This document shows, piece after piece, positions 14,201-26,200 of a stretch of DNA of 64,000 bases. The notes beneath the pieces were generated by a model that saw only the letters and a list, made by a program, of their open reading frames with translations, was not told the DNA's origin and made no database searches. Source of the stretch: Vicugna vicugna (taxonomy: Eukaryota); the NCBI GenBank assembly GCA_013265495.1, contig MU058687.1, forward strand, positions 3,040,001 to 3,104,000, written 5' to 3'. A program made the position numbers and the translations under genes. The number at the start of each line of letters is the position of its first letter. Positions within the stretch are counted from its first letter, which is position 1.

Positions 14201-17200
14201 TTCGTTTTTCCTCACTGCACTTATGACCGCCTGACACATTATGTACCATATTTTGTTGACTGCAAGATGCATACTTGTTTTCCAGTTTTGATACAACTGA
14301 AATACGGGATGGCCTAAAACTTGGTGGCGTCTTAAAATGGCCACGGGCCTGGATGGACATGGTGTCCTTCCTCCTGAGATTTGCATTTGCTTCTGCCAGG
14401 GCTCAGGAATGCTACCGACTGAGGCGACCTGAGATTAAATTCTTTCTAAGGGTTTTGGTTAGACCACACTGGCAGAGTGAATTTAGAGAACAGACTTGTG
14501 GTTCACATTCTCAGGGGAGGTAATTTTCCTCCCCTTACGCAGCGCCGCGGCTGAGACATCTGTGTTTCCCTGCAGTCCCTTTCTGTGTGGAAGGATCTCT
14601 TTCCTTGTTTCTCTTTTTACTGAAGGTGTAGGCATTGGTGGGGGTCTCTTAATAGACTCTCTCTCGGGCATTTTTCCTTTCTTGGTGGTATGTAAAATGA
14701 CCATTCATCTTACGGCTGATGGCAACTTAGATCCTACAAAATATGATGTATATTTGTTTTCCATCTGCCTCCCCCAATAGAATGTAAACTGCATGAGCAA
14801 CCAGGGACTTGGATTGTCTGTTCATTTGTGATAGCTTCAGTGTCCAGAACACTGCCAGGTAACAGCAGGCTCTCAACAAATATAGTTGAATTGATAATGA
14901 ATAAGTTAACTTTTGTCTGGGAACAAAAGGGGACTGTTTGGAATGTGAGAACACAATAGTCAGTCTGACCATCCACCTGACCCTACTGTGTATGGCATCT
15001 AAAATGCAGCCTCTTCTTCGCCTTGGTGCATGCTGCTTTGCACAAATATGGTTCTGCTTGTTTAAAAAATATTTTAAGTGGGACATGCAACAGCCACATA
15101 TATTTAATACTCCCATTAGCATTTTATGCTCTGAAGAACTAGTGAAGGGTACTTGGGGAAAGATAAACTGCAGATCACTTGATGCCAATGATAAACCAGG
15201 TAAAGGAAAAACTCCCACTGTAAGCCTTCTGGTTTATGCTGACCCAGAGCAGGGAGCCCGTCCCAAAGGGGTGGAAAGACAGAGATTTGTGCCGTTTCCA
15301 TTTCTAAAATATACAAACCACAAACACTGAACTTCAAGGCGTAAGGCTTGCTGGAATTTTTTCTTCCTTCACACACTAGATTTTAGAAACAAAACTTGAA
15401 AATTTTACCTCCTTTTTTCTAAGAATGTTCTATATTTGTCACTCAAAAAGTTGTTTACTCTTAGGAGGAAAAATTAGTTCCGTGACAAAAGCCATCCCCC
15501 AAAGATCCTTCAAGTCAACATGTGCAGAGAAAGGGTGGTGCCAGGAGAATGGAAGGACGTTTCCCTCAGGGGATTTGACGAGAACCTGAATTGTCTCATA
15601 GAATCAACGCCTTGAGGAAGCTGTCTTCTAAAAGGGTCCTTATATGTAATAACCTAGTAGCTCTAAGCATAGAACTCAAAACCTTTCTATTGCTACTTTG
15701 AGAATAAGCTTTAGAGCAGACAAACCTAAAGCTGTGTGAGCTTGGACAAATTATCAAATTCACTGTTTCATTTTCCTCATCTTAAAAAAATACTTATTTC
15801 ATTAGGTTAGTTATGAGAATTAAATGAGATAATATATTTTAACACCTAGTACAGTATTGAGCAAATAGAAACATTTAATAAAAAGTAACTATTTTATTAT
15901 CATTATTACAGAGAAACATTCAACCTAGTCTGGCTATTAACACTATTATCACCTATATTGTAAGTATATTAATCATTATTATCTTCCATTGTCTGAATTC
16001 TAAGGGAAAAAAGTTTTATTTATATATAAATAAAGAAGAAAGAACTTCTACTTAAGAAATAACAGATTTTTAAAATATCCTGACAGTCCCCCCATCTCTA
16101 GCTATCAATTTTGTGTGGGGCATGGAGACCACAGGCTCTACTGGACCATGTTGTACCATGAACTGATCTGTTGGACTATAATACACAGTAGCTCAGGTTT
16201 CTCCAAAATATAGTTTTTCATTAATTATTCCATTAATGCCTTGCGGCTTCCACGTAGTCTAGGGCTCAGTAGTACTATTCCCTTTCCGCTATACTCTGAT
16301 ATCACCGATGGCAGGTGGATGAGATGGGTGGAAAGGGAATTTAAGAATGACAACCTGAAGGTCATCATAATGGTTTACTCTGAAAACTACATAATTTTTA
16401 AAACTGCCTCCAATAGTGTGTTTGTGTGCATTTCATGAGTAAAAATCAAAAATACATGGTCTTAAAAGTCCACCTGGGAGCCACTTCTAATGTTTTAACT
16501 TTTAAACATGGTCTTTGGGAGGAGATAAATGAAGACACTATACTATCTGTCACTGTTTTATTCTCTGAGAGTGAAAGAAAATTTTATAACCAGAAAGATA
16601 TCTCACATTGCCCCTAGATACACAAAAGGGTTGACTAGTTTAATGATAACAGTCTCCATACTCTTCACTTCAATTTGTATTCCCCCTTAAAGTCTCTGTC
16701 TACTTCCTCCAACAATTCCTTATCTCAGAAGATGAAACCTCTAGAAGCATTACATCCAAAGTAGTTGCTGTCCCTACCTGTAGGGTGAGGAATGTGGTTC
16801 AAGATCAGAGGCAGAAGCTGCTAGAGAGGTGACCTTGGTGTCTTCTAGATCTTCATTCTCTGGAAAATCATGGAAAGAAAAATTCAATGCCTGAGAGGGA
16901 ACACAACCATAATTATCCTCTATCTTTTTTAAAAATCTGGCAGTAGTCAACCAACTTTCTCTTTCCAAAAATATTCTAGGCATAAACTTTATACTCCGGG
17001 AGGCCCAGCACATAAATTATTCAAGTCATTACATCCAAATATGCTCAGACTGTTATAACCTACTCATAAAAAAATAAGCCATTTTCCAAAACAAATCCCC
17101 ACAGAATTAATCCTAATTTAAGAATCACATTTCCCAGATAGCAAATGGTTAAACTGGGCAGAATGTAGAGTACAGAATGGAATGTAGGATGAAATGACCT

Positions 17201-20200
17201 GGAATTCAGTGCCAAAGCAGAGAGTGCCACCCCTACATTCAATCAGCTCACATCACGGTATCCAGGGTCAGAGAAAGGATTTTGTAATTTCACTCACTTA
17301 CTCACTCAGTCATTCACCAATGATTTACTGAATAACTACTAGGCATCCTCAAGGAATTGAGGCCATGTTTCCAGGCTCACAACAAGCCTATGCCTGGTAT
17401 TTACATTGCCATCTTGCAGGTAAGAAAACTAAAGCACAGAGACAGGATTCAAACCCAGGCAATCATGCTCTTAACCATTAGGTACTACTAAACTTTATGG
17501 AGTATTTCTTTAGCCTTTCCGTGAGCACTCAGAAAAGCATATGGTTCATTGTGTTTAGATGACCTCCAGTGAACCTCCTCTAGTTAAGACAGCAAGAAAC
17601 TAAAGCCCAAAGTTCACTTCTCAGTATAAAATACAACGTATTGACATAAACCTCAAATGCTGAAAATTTCAGAGTTTGGTAGGAACATAAGAGTGTAAAT
17701 AACCAGCAAATATTTGTGATCCAACTTTATAATCTATTCTCATTATTTTGTATGTGAATAAGATCTATTTTTTTTTTTGTCAGCTCACACTCTCATAGGT
17801 AGAAAGACCTTGGCGCTTATGCCACCCAACTTTCCTCTTGTGAGATAACAGAAAATACATCAGTTAGTTTCTGCCTTGAGTTCCTGGCACAGAATAAAAC
17901 CTCTCTAATTTCCTAAGTGATTAGAGCACTAGGAGTTTCTTTTGTTCTAATATTTGGTCTTTGACTTTGGTTCCTGACACAGAGTCCCATGGAATTTCCT
18001 GAGTGATAACAATGTCTCCTGTTCTAATAAGGTGACTCTTGGGCTCCTGGATAGGGTCTGGTAACCAGAAAGACCAAGCCATAATTAGAAGCTTGGGATT
18101 TTCAACTCCAGCCCCCATTCTCTAGAGAGGGGAGAGGGGCTGAAAATGGAGTTAATCATTGATCACACCTATGTGATGAAGCCTCAATAAAAATCCCAAA
18201 GTATGGGGTTTCAAGAGCTTCCAGTTCAGTGAACACAGCCACATACCAGGAGGGTGACCCACCCCAAATCCACAGGGACAGAAGCTCCTTCACTTGGGTT
18301 CCTTCCAGACCTTACTCTTTGTATCTGACTGTTCCTCTGTAACTTTACCATATCCTTTAACAAACTGGTAAACATAAGTGTTTCCTTGAGTTCTCTGAGC
18401 TGTTTTAGCAAATAATCAAATCCAAGAGGGAGGAGGTCATGGGAACCTCCAATTTGTAGCCAAGATTGACAGAAGTTGTAGGTAACCCGGGGAATAACAC
18501 CTGTGACTGGCCTCTGAAGTGGGTGGGAGCCGTCTAGGGGAACTGAGCCCTTAACCAGTCGGATCTGACACTATCTCCAGGTAGACAGTGTTTAGAATTG
18601 AGTTAAACTGTAGGACACCCAGGTGGTGTTGCAGAATTGCTTGGTGTGGGGAAAAAAGTCCACACATCTAGTGTCAGAAGTGTCGTGAGTGTGGCAGTGT
18701 GAGCGTAAAGAAGAAACACAGGAGGAGGCCCGAGGTCTTCTTTACACCTCTCAACAAAGCAACTGAGTCAATGACAAAAGTCAGATGTTCTCCAGTCTCT
18801 GCTAGTCTATGAAGAGGCCCTTTTCATTGAGAATAGAAAGTTCTTCCCTAAGTTGACCTAAGTAAAATTTGCTTCCTGATAGATTCTGCTTTTCGATCAC
18901 CACTCCCTACAATATCCTTTCAAATACTTACAGCCTGCTATCACATTTCCCGCAAGTTCCTCCCCTAAGAGGTTAGAGCACTAGGGAAGACTGACCACCT
19001 CCAGTCCTCTCACTCACCCCCTAGATGACTCTGCCATGCTGGCCTCCTTCTGTTGTTTCTTTTTGTTCCATTTCAAGTAAAGACCTAAAATGGACAGCTT
19101 TTTCATATGTGTTCTAAACCTTGCAGAGTACACTGAGACAATACTCTCTTAACAAGGACACAATATTTCTTGATGTAATATGCTAACTGGGCACTAGATT
19201 TCTTTAACTGCTGCCTTACCCTGTTGACCTAAATAAATCAATAAAGATCTCCAAGGGTTTATAAAAATAACCTTTTTCCAAGCCCAGTCTTTCCTATGCT
19301 CTATTTCTGAAACAGATTTTTGGAAAATAATTGGCTTTTTAACTTAAATACAGGGCTTTATATATCCATATTATTTATTTCAAATTATGTTTTTGAAACA
19401 ACACAAATACATGCTAACAAATTAAATACAGATAAAAAAACATTTTGCATTTACCCTTCCAAACTTTAGTATACAAAAAATCCATGATCCAGTGTAGAAA
19501 AATCAGGAAATACAGACAAGAAAAAAAATTTTTTAAAAAACACCAAAAATCAAAACAACCAAACACAATCCCCACTAGCCAAAAATAACCACTGTTAACA
19601 TTTTGGTGCATATCTTTCCAGAAATACATTTATAAATATACATACATACCTATGTATGTATATAGACAGATGCATATGTACATACATCTATATATTGATA
19701 TATTTCCTCCCTATCTCCAGCAATTAACTTCGGGGTATGGAGATTACAGGTTCCACTGGACAATACTGTACCATGAATTGATCAGTTGGACTATAATACC
19801 TACTAGTTCAGATATTAATACAGCTTTTCATTAATTATTCCATTAATGTTGCATAGTTTCCACTCATTCTAGGGCTTAGTGCAAATATAAATATATATAA
19901 TATTTATATATATAATGTAAATACTATTTATATATTTCTATTTCTGAAAGGACATGAATCTAGTATTATTCATGAACGTTTTTCAGGGTCAACAAAAATG
20001 GGACTACATAATAATTTTAAATGTCTGTATATTATCCCATAGGCTGTACCATAATTTTAACCAATCTCTAGTCCTCTAATGTTAGAGCTAGAGATTTGTT
20101 TCAAATCTTTCAGTGTTATAAGCAGTGATATTATAGTAGAGATGTCTACAACCCTTTCTTAAGAATTTCCCCTGTTCATTGAAGGGGCAGTCCTGGTGAC

Positions 20201-23200
20201 CAAGGAACACTATGTTGGCCATAGCTCATTGATTGTGGGTAAATATCTGCCCACAGTCAGTCCAATTCTCTTTCCAAAAACCTGGGGTTGGTACCAGAGA
20301 CCAAAACAGACTGTGAAGGGACTCAGTCAGGTCAAGAACTAAGCCTACCTTCTGGGAGAAGCCTTCGTAGGCCACGTAAAAGCAGATGACTAAGCAGAGA
20401 AGATAGCTGTCAGAGACTGGAAATGATGCATTCAAACAAAAAGAAGAAGAAACAAGGAATTGCGGGGTCCAGGCAGCTGGTGTCAGATGAACCTAGATTA
20501 GGGACAACTGAAGATAGTTGCCCCTTGTTCTCCTCCAAGCCAAAAGGTGAGAGCTAGATTGTCTTTCTATTAATTTATAGGAGTTCTGGATACAAATTTG
20601 TGTAAATTTTATGTGTTATAAATACCTGCTTCCATTCTGTGATTTACTTTTTCACCCTTTCAATGGTGTCCTTGGTTGAACCAAGGTTTTTTAATTTTAA
20701 TGACATCAAAATTTACTAATCTTTTCCTTTATCAGTTTCTGTATGTCCTATTTAAAATGTCTTTCCCTACATTGAGATCAGGAAACTATTCTTCTGTATT
20801 ATCACCTAGGAGTTTATTTCTTTTCATATTTTGGTCTATAATCCAAGTAGAGTTGATTTTTTGTGTATATGGTATGTGAAATAAGGATCAAGTTTCATTT
20901 CTTTTTTATTAGCTCTGATCCTGCCTGAAGAATTTAGTTAGTGGAGGTCTGCAGGTAATAAATCATGTTTTTGATTGCCTAAAAATATCTTTTTTCACTT
21001 TCATTTTTGAAGACTATTTTCACTGAAAAAAATCTATATTGGTTGTTATTGTCTTTCAGGATGCTAAAAATAATCTAGCTTTCACTTCCCTGTGCATAAG
21101 TCAGCTGTCAGTCTAATTACTATTTCTTTGAAGGCAAACTGTAATTTTTCTCTGGCTACTTTTAGTATTTTCTCTTTGCTTTGGTTTTATAGCAGTTTTA
21201 ATTTAATGTGTACCTACTGTGGATTATATATACCCCTGCTTGGGGGTATATAGGGCTTTGGGAATCTGTAGATTACATCAGTTTTGGAAAATTCACAACT
21301 ATTACCAAAAACTGCTTCTGTCCATTCTCACTCTCCTTACCTTTTTGGACTCCACTTATACAAATGTTAGAATTTCTTACCATATTTTCTATGTCTCTTA
21401 TCTCTTCCTTGAATTTTCCATTGTTGTATTTTTATATATTTTCCTCTCATCTTTCTTCTAATTCACTATTTTCTCTTCAGCTGTAATAACTTGTTGCTAA
21501 ACCTGTCAGCAGAGTTCTTCATTTTCATCTGTATTTTTCTAGCTATAGAATTGCTATTTGGTTCTATTTTTAGAAATTTCAATTCTATGCCAGATTTCTC
21601 AAGCTTGTCTTTTATCTCCTTAAACATAATAAATATAATTTTTAATTGAAGTATAGTTGATTTACAATATTTAAGTCTGTATCTGGTAACTCCAAAATCT
21701 GATGCCCCTATGGATCCATTTTTACTATCATTTCTTTTAATTTTTGCTCACATTGTCTCTTTTCATGCATCTGGTAACTGTTGATATATGCCAGAAATTG
21801 TTCTTGCAAAACTACCTGTCAAAATAACTTGAAGAATACAGTGATCCTTCAGGAAGAATTTGCCTTTGCTTCCTCCCCATACCTGGAGGCACTAGCACCC
21901 TAGGTTCACTTTAATTCAGTTTCATGAACTTAGATGTTTCTCAAGCTGAGCTGTAGTCCCTGCAATGGCCTGCTTCTAACTTACCCTTACTTCTAGAACA
22001 TGGCCTTTAATGGTCCTAACCCAGAGAAAAGGGAGTTCACCAGGGTTGCCCCTACTTGATTAATCCCTGTTGCTTTGGTCCAGAGAAGCACTTTCACAGT
22101 CTTGTCATTCAGCTTCCCCACTTAGGAGTCCAGTATATCCCCTCAGAGAAGAAAGGAACCCCAAAATGGACTCTCATCCTTGGACTTCTATCTTTACACT
22201 TCTGCCCTCACATGGATCATATCCTGGTACTTATTCATTATCTGATGAGTTCTCCTGGATCTTCAAGCAGATGTTTATATTTCAACAATTATTTTCTAAT
22301 TGTCCCCAGTGGGAGAACTGATTCCAATTACCTAGTCTGTCATTACTCAAAACAGAAACCTACACTGCCTCTTTACCCTTTTCAGTTTGAAGATACGTTA
22401 GTGAATAAAATGGAAACAAAAAAGAAGGTTAAAAAGTCTGCCCTCTTTCTGTCACTGGCTAATGGTATCAGCTTATGTAAGTAGTGGCAGTAATGAAGAT
22501 TTCAATAAGGTTGAATTTTTAGACAGAAATGAAATTAGCACAAAAATAAAGGAAGACAGTAGTGGATTTAAAGAATAATATAATAAAATAAGCTACAAGG
22601 GTATATTGTACAACATGGGGAACATAGTCAATATTTTATAATAATTATAAATGAAGTATAACTTTTAAAAATTGAGAATCACTATATTGTACACCTGCAA
22701 TTTATATTTCGTAGATCAGCTATACTTCAATTTAAAAAGAACAACATAAAATTAATCCTTACTAAGGAGTTTTACAAACTGTATTTCATAGAAACTTCAT
22801 CTGAGAGAAAAAAGCCCAGAAGAGGTCAATTCCTGATGAACAGAAAGGCAGAAGAGATATATAGAATAGCTTTACCTTACAGTATAAACACAGTGAAGAA
22901 TCTTATGACATGTTTGTGTATTTTTTCTGAACAGGTAATAGATGCATATTACTCAAAATTCAAAATCATGAAAGTATACAGTGAAAACTTCCTCCCACTT
23001 CAGTCACTACCTCCAATGTTATTAGGTTTTGTGTAGTCTTCCAGAGATATTTTGCAGAAAAAAATGTGTATGTGTGTATATATAAAGTATATATACTTTT
23101 TTACACAAATAATGGACATACTAGACATACTACCATGCACTTTGTTTTTTCCACTTATATCTAAGAGATCTTTCCATAACTATATGTAAGAGGCTTCCTC

Positions 23201-26200
23201 ACTCTTTTCCACAGCTGATTAATATTTCATTGGCTGAATATTCCATAATTTATTTAACCAGTTCCCTGTTGATGGACATTTATGTCCTTTCTAATCTTTT
23301 ACCATTACAAACAGTGCTATAATAACCTTGTGTCTGTGTCATTAAAAAGGTTTGTGAATAAACGTATGTGATAAATTCCTGGAAAAAACAGGACAATGAG
23401 GACATATATTGTAATTCTGATATTGACAAACTGCCCTCCATAGCATTTGTAGGAATTTCCATGCCCCTCAGCAATGCATAAAAGTGTTTGTTTCTGCACA
23501 CCCTTACCAACATAGTGAGATATCGCAATACCCAGTGTAGTTGAGTTCCACTTCCCCTCCTGTAAGTTAGATGGGGTGTTTTTCATGTTAAGAGCAACTT
23601 CTCATAGCATCTTAACAGCTTAATATATGCAGGAAAACAAAGAGGAAAGAGATACTGCTTTTGATGTTTAAGGTTAATATATTCACTAAATTATGTAAGA
23701 ACTACTGGTAAAACAATTTGCAGTTGGATTCAGAGAGGCAGGAAATAAGAAAAGGAGAAAGAAATATATGTTTATTTCCAGAAGCATAAAGTGTGGAAGG
23801 TGCAGTCCTGTTTTAAAGAGAGAGAAAACAATTATAAACACAGCTTTTGGGTTTCCTAAATTTATTTAGTGAAATTTAGACCACTATAAAGAAGAAAAAG
23901 CCAATTTTTCTATGGTGTAGCTTTTAATATGTCAGCCAAATATAGACGAATTCTACAAGTATTCCTAGAAGAGAACAGAGAAACCAGGGCAAGTTTTGCA
24001 AATATAGATGGTACTTGGGAAAATTTTTTTTTTTACTTTCATGAGTATATATTTATTTTAATATGTATTATGAAAAATTGATACATCAAACAAATAATAT
24101 CATGGATATTATTTAGAATGAAATAAAACTTTAAATGTCAATTTAAAGAAAAAATAATAACCAAATAATATTAGAATGTATTCTCTAATGTGGCAAAAAT
24201 CCTGACTGTGGTACCCAAGTGGCCAAAATCTTGGAAACAATGAGCAGAGAAGTAAAACTGGAAGCTCAAGAATAACGCAACTTATAACTGATGGTCTCTA
24301 AAGCAAAGGTGAGGGGGGAAGAAGAAACTTTCTCAAAATAATTTATTTTATATTTGACAGTTTTTAAAATAAGAGTTTTATTTCTATGTTACCAGAATAT
24401 GGTCTCAGACATTCTGATCATGCTACAGATTTAAATGTACTGTGTACTTTGTACTTTCTCTACAAAGAGAACCAAAAAGCAGGTTTTTTCCTAAAGCATT
24501 TGATTATCAGGTCAGGGTTCTTTAGAACAGGTCTCATAGGACTTCCCCTCCACTAAACAGGACGCAAAGAGATAATTAGCCTAGCCATTAGATTCAAGTG
24601 CAGAGGAACTCAAAGCAGGTTATGTGGTTATAGACTCAAGAAGCTGAAACAAAAGAAACCGGCTGAGTTTATATTCCAACGAAATACAGAAAGCATGTCA
24701 TGATCCCACTTCTCCTCAGCCCTTAGGAGTGGGTCATGCTCCTAAGTGGTCATTCAGATGACAGAACTTGGATTGTACTGACTGAATTATGACAGGATTA
24801 ATTGGCTACTTCAACACCATAAAAATATAACTGCTGTAAGAAAAAAGTAACCACAGGCAGACCAATTTATACTGTTTTGATATAAAATTACAATCCAAAC
24901 CCAAAAACCATTAGGGCTCTTTGGCATAGACTTCCACTCTTTTGCTCCATCCAATACAGTAACCACAAAATTTTAAATTTTAATTAAAATTGAAATAGCC
25001 ACAGATATGCAACTTTTCCATCACAGCACAAAGACTGCCTGCACTGCTGTAAGTCCTATATGAGAATAATGAACAAGTTCACCTGACCTGTTTCAGTCCT
25101 TGACGTCTAAATACATTGATAACTCTCAGGGTCATATACACCAGACCAAGTTCTACTGCCAACTCAGGGTCACAACAGTCTTTGCCCTTTATTTTCCCCA
25201 AAGCTCCCTAAACTTAAAGGAAAGAAGGAGGGGGTGGGGAAGGGAGGAAAGAGAAAGAGAAAGAGAGAAATTAAGAAAGGGAAGGAAGGGAGGGAGGGAG
25301 AGAGGGGAGGGAGGGAGGGAGAGAAAGAAGGAAGGAAGGAAAGGGAAAGAAGGAAGGAAAGAGAAGAAAGGAAGGATAGGGAAGGAAGAAAGGAAGAGAA
25401 GGAAGAGAAGGAAGGAAGAAAGGAAGGAAGAAAGAGTGAGCCTATTTAAATGATGCAACATGTATGCTTCAGAGAGTTTCACTATATAAAAAGTAATCTC
25501 TCTCTCCTCTTGGGAACTGAAGTACCCAGGTGTCCCAAAGAAAAAAAACTATTAAAAACAATTACAGTTCATAAAACAACAGGAACACTAAGGCCACTGG
25601 AGAGCTTAGTTCAGAAGAACATCAACATTCTTCCTACTTTATAACTAAAACCTCAACTGACATACATGAAGACTCTCAAAAGGTATTCTCTGCAGATAAT
25701 TCTTTTAAAAAACAAGTCATGGTTATTCTGGATAATTATAAATTCCTGTTTCGAAGGAATAAGAAACATTGAAAACCTGAAACCCCTAATTTCGGTAACA
25801 ACTAAATGTCGAATCTCATTTCTTACTGCTGTTTCCCCTCTAAGAGAAAATGATAGGAATCTCTTTCAACTTCATCCTTAGGCTTCTATTGCTTACTTAT
25901 TGGGTCATCCTCCAGAGGAAGGTGGCAGAAGGATCCAATCAAACTCCTAATCTGAAGCAGTTTTTTGAGTTTACTTCCAAGCCTCTGCAACTCTTCGCTT
26001 GCCTTCCACACTGCTTTGGAAATCCAGCTTAACTCTAACTCAGGGTTTCTCACCAGCAGCACTTCTGACATTTGGGGCCAGATAAGTCTGCTGTGGGAGC
26101 ATCCTGTGCACTGGAGGGTGTTTAAGAGATGTCAGTAATAGCTCTCTCCCTCCTCCATAACACAAGTTGTGACAACCAAAAAGTATTACAGTTCTTTATG

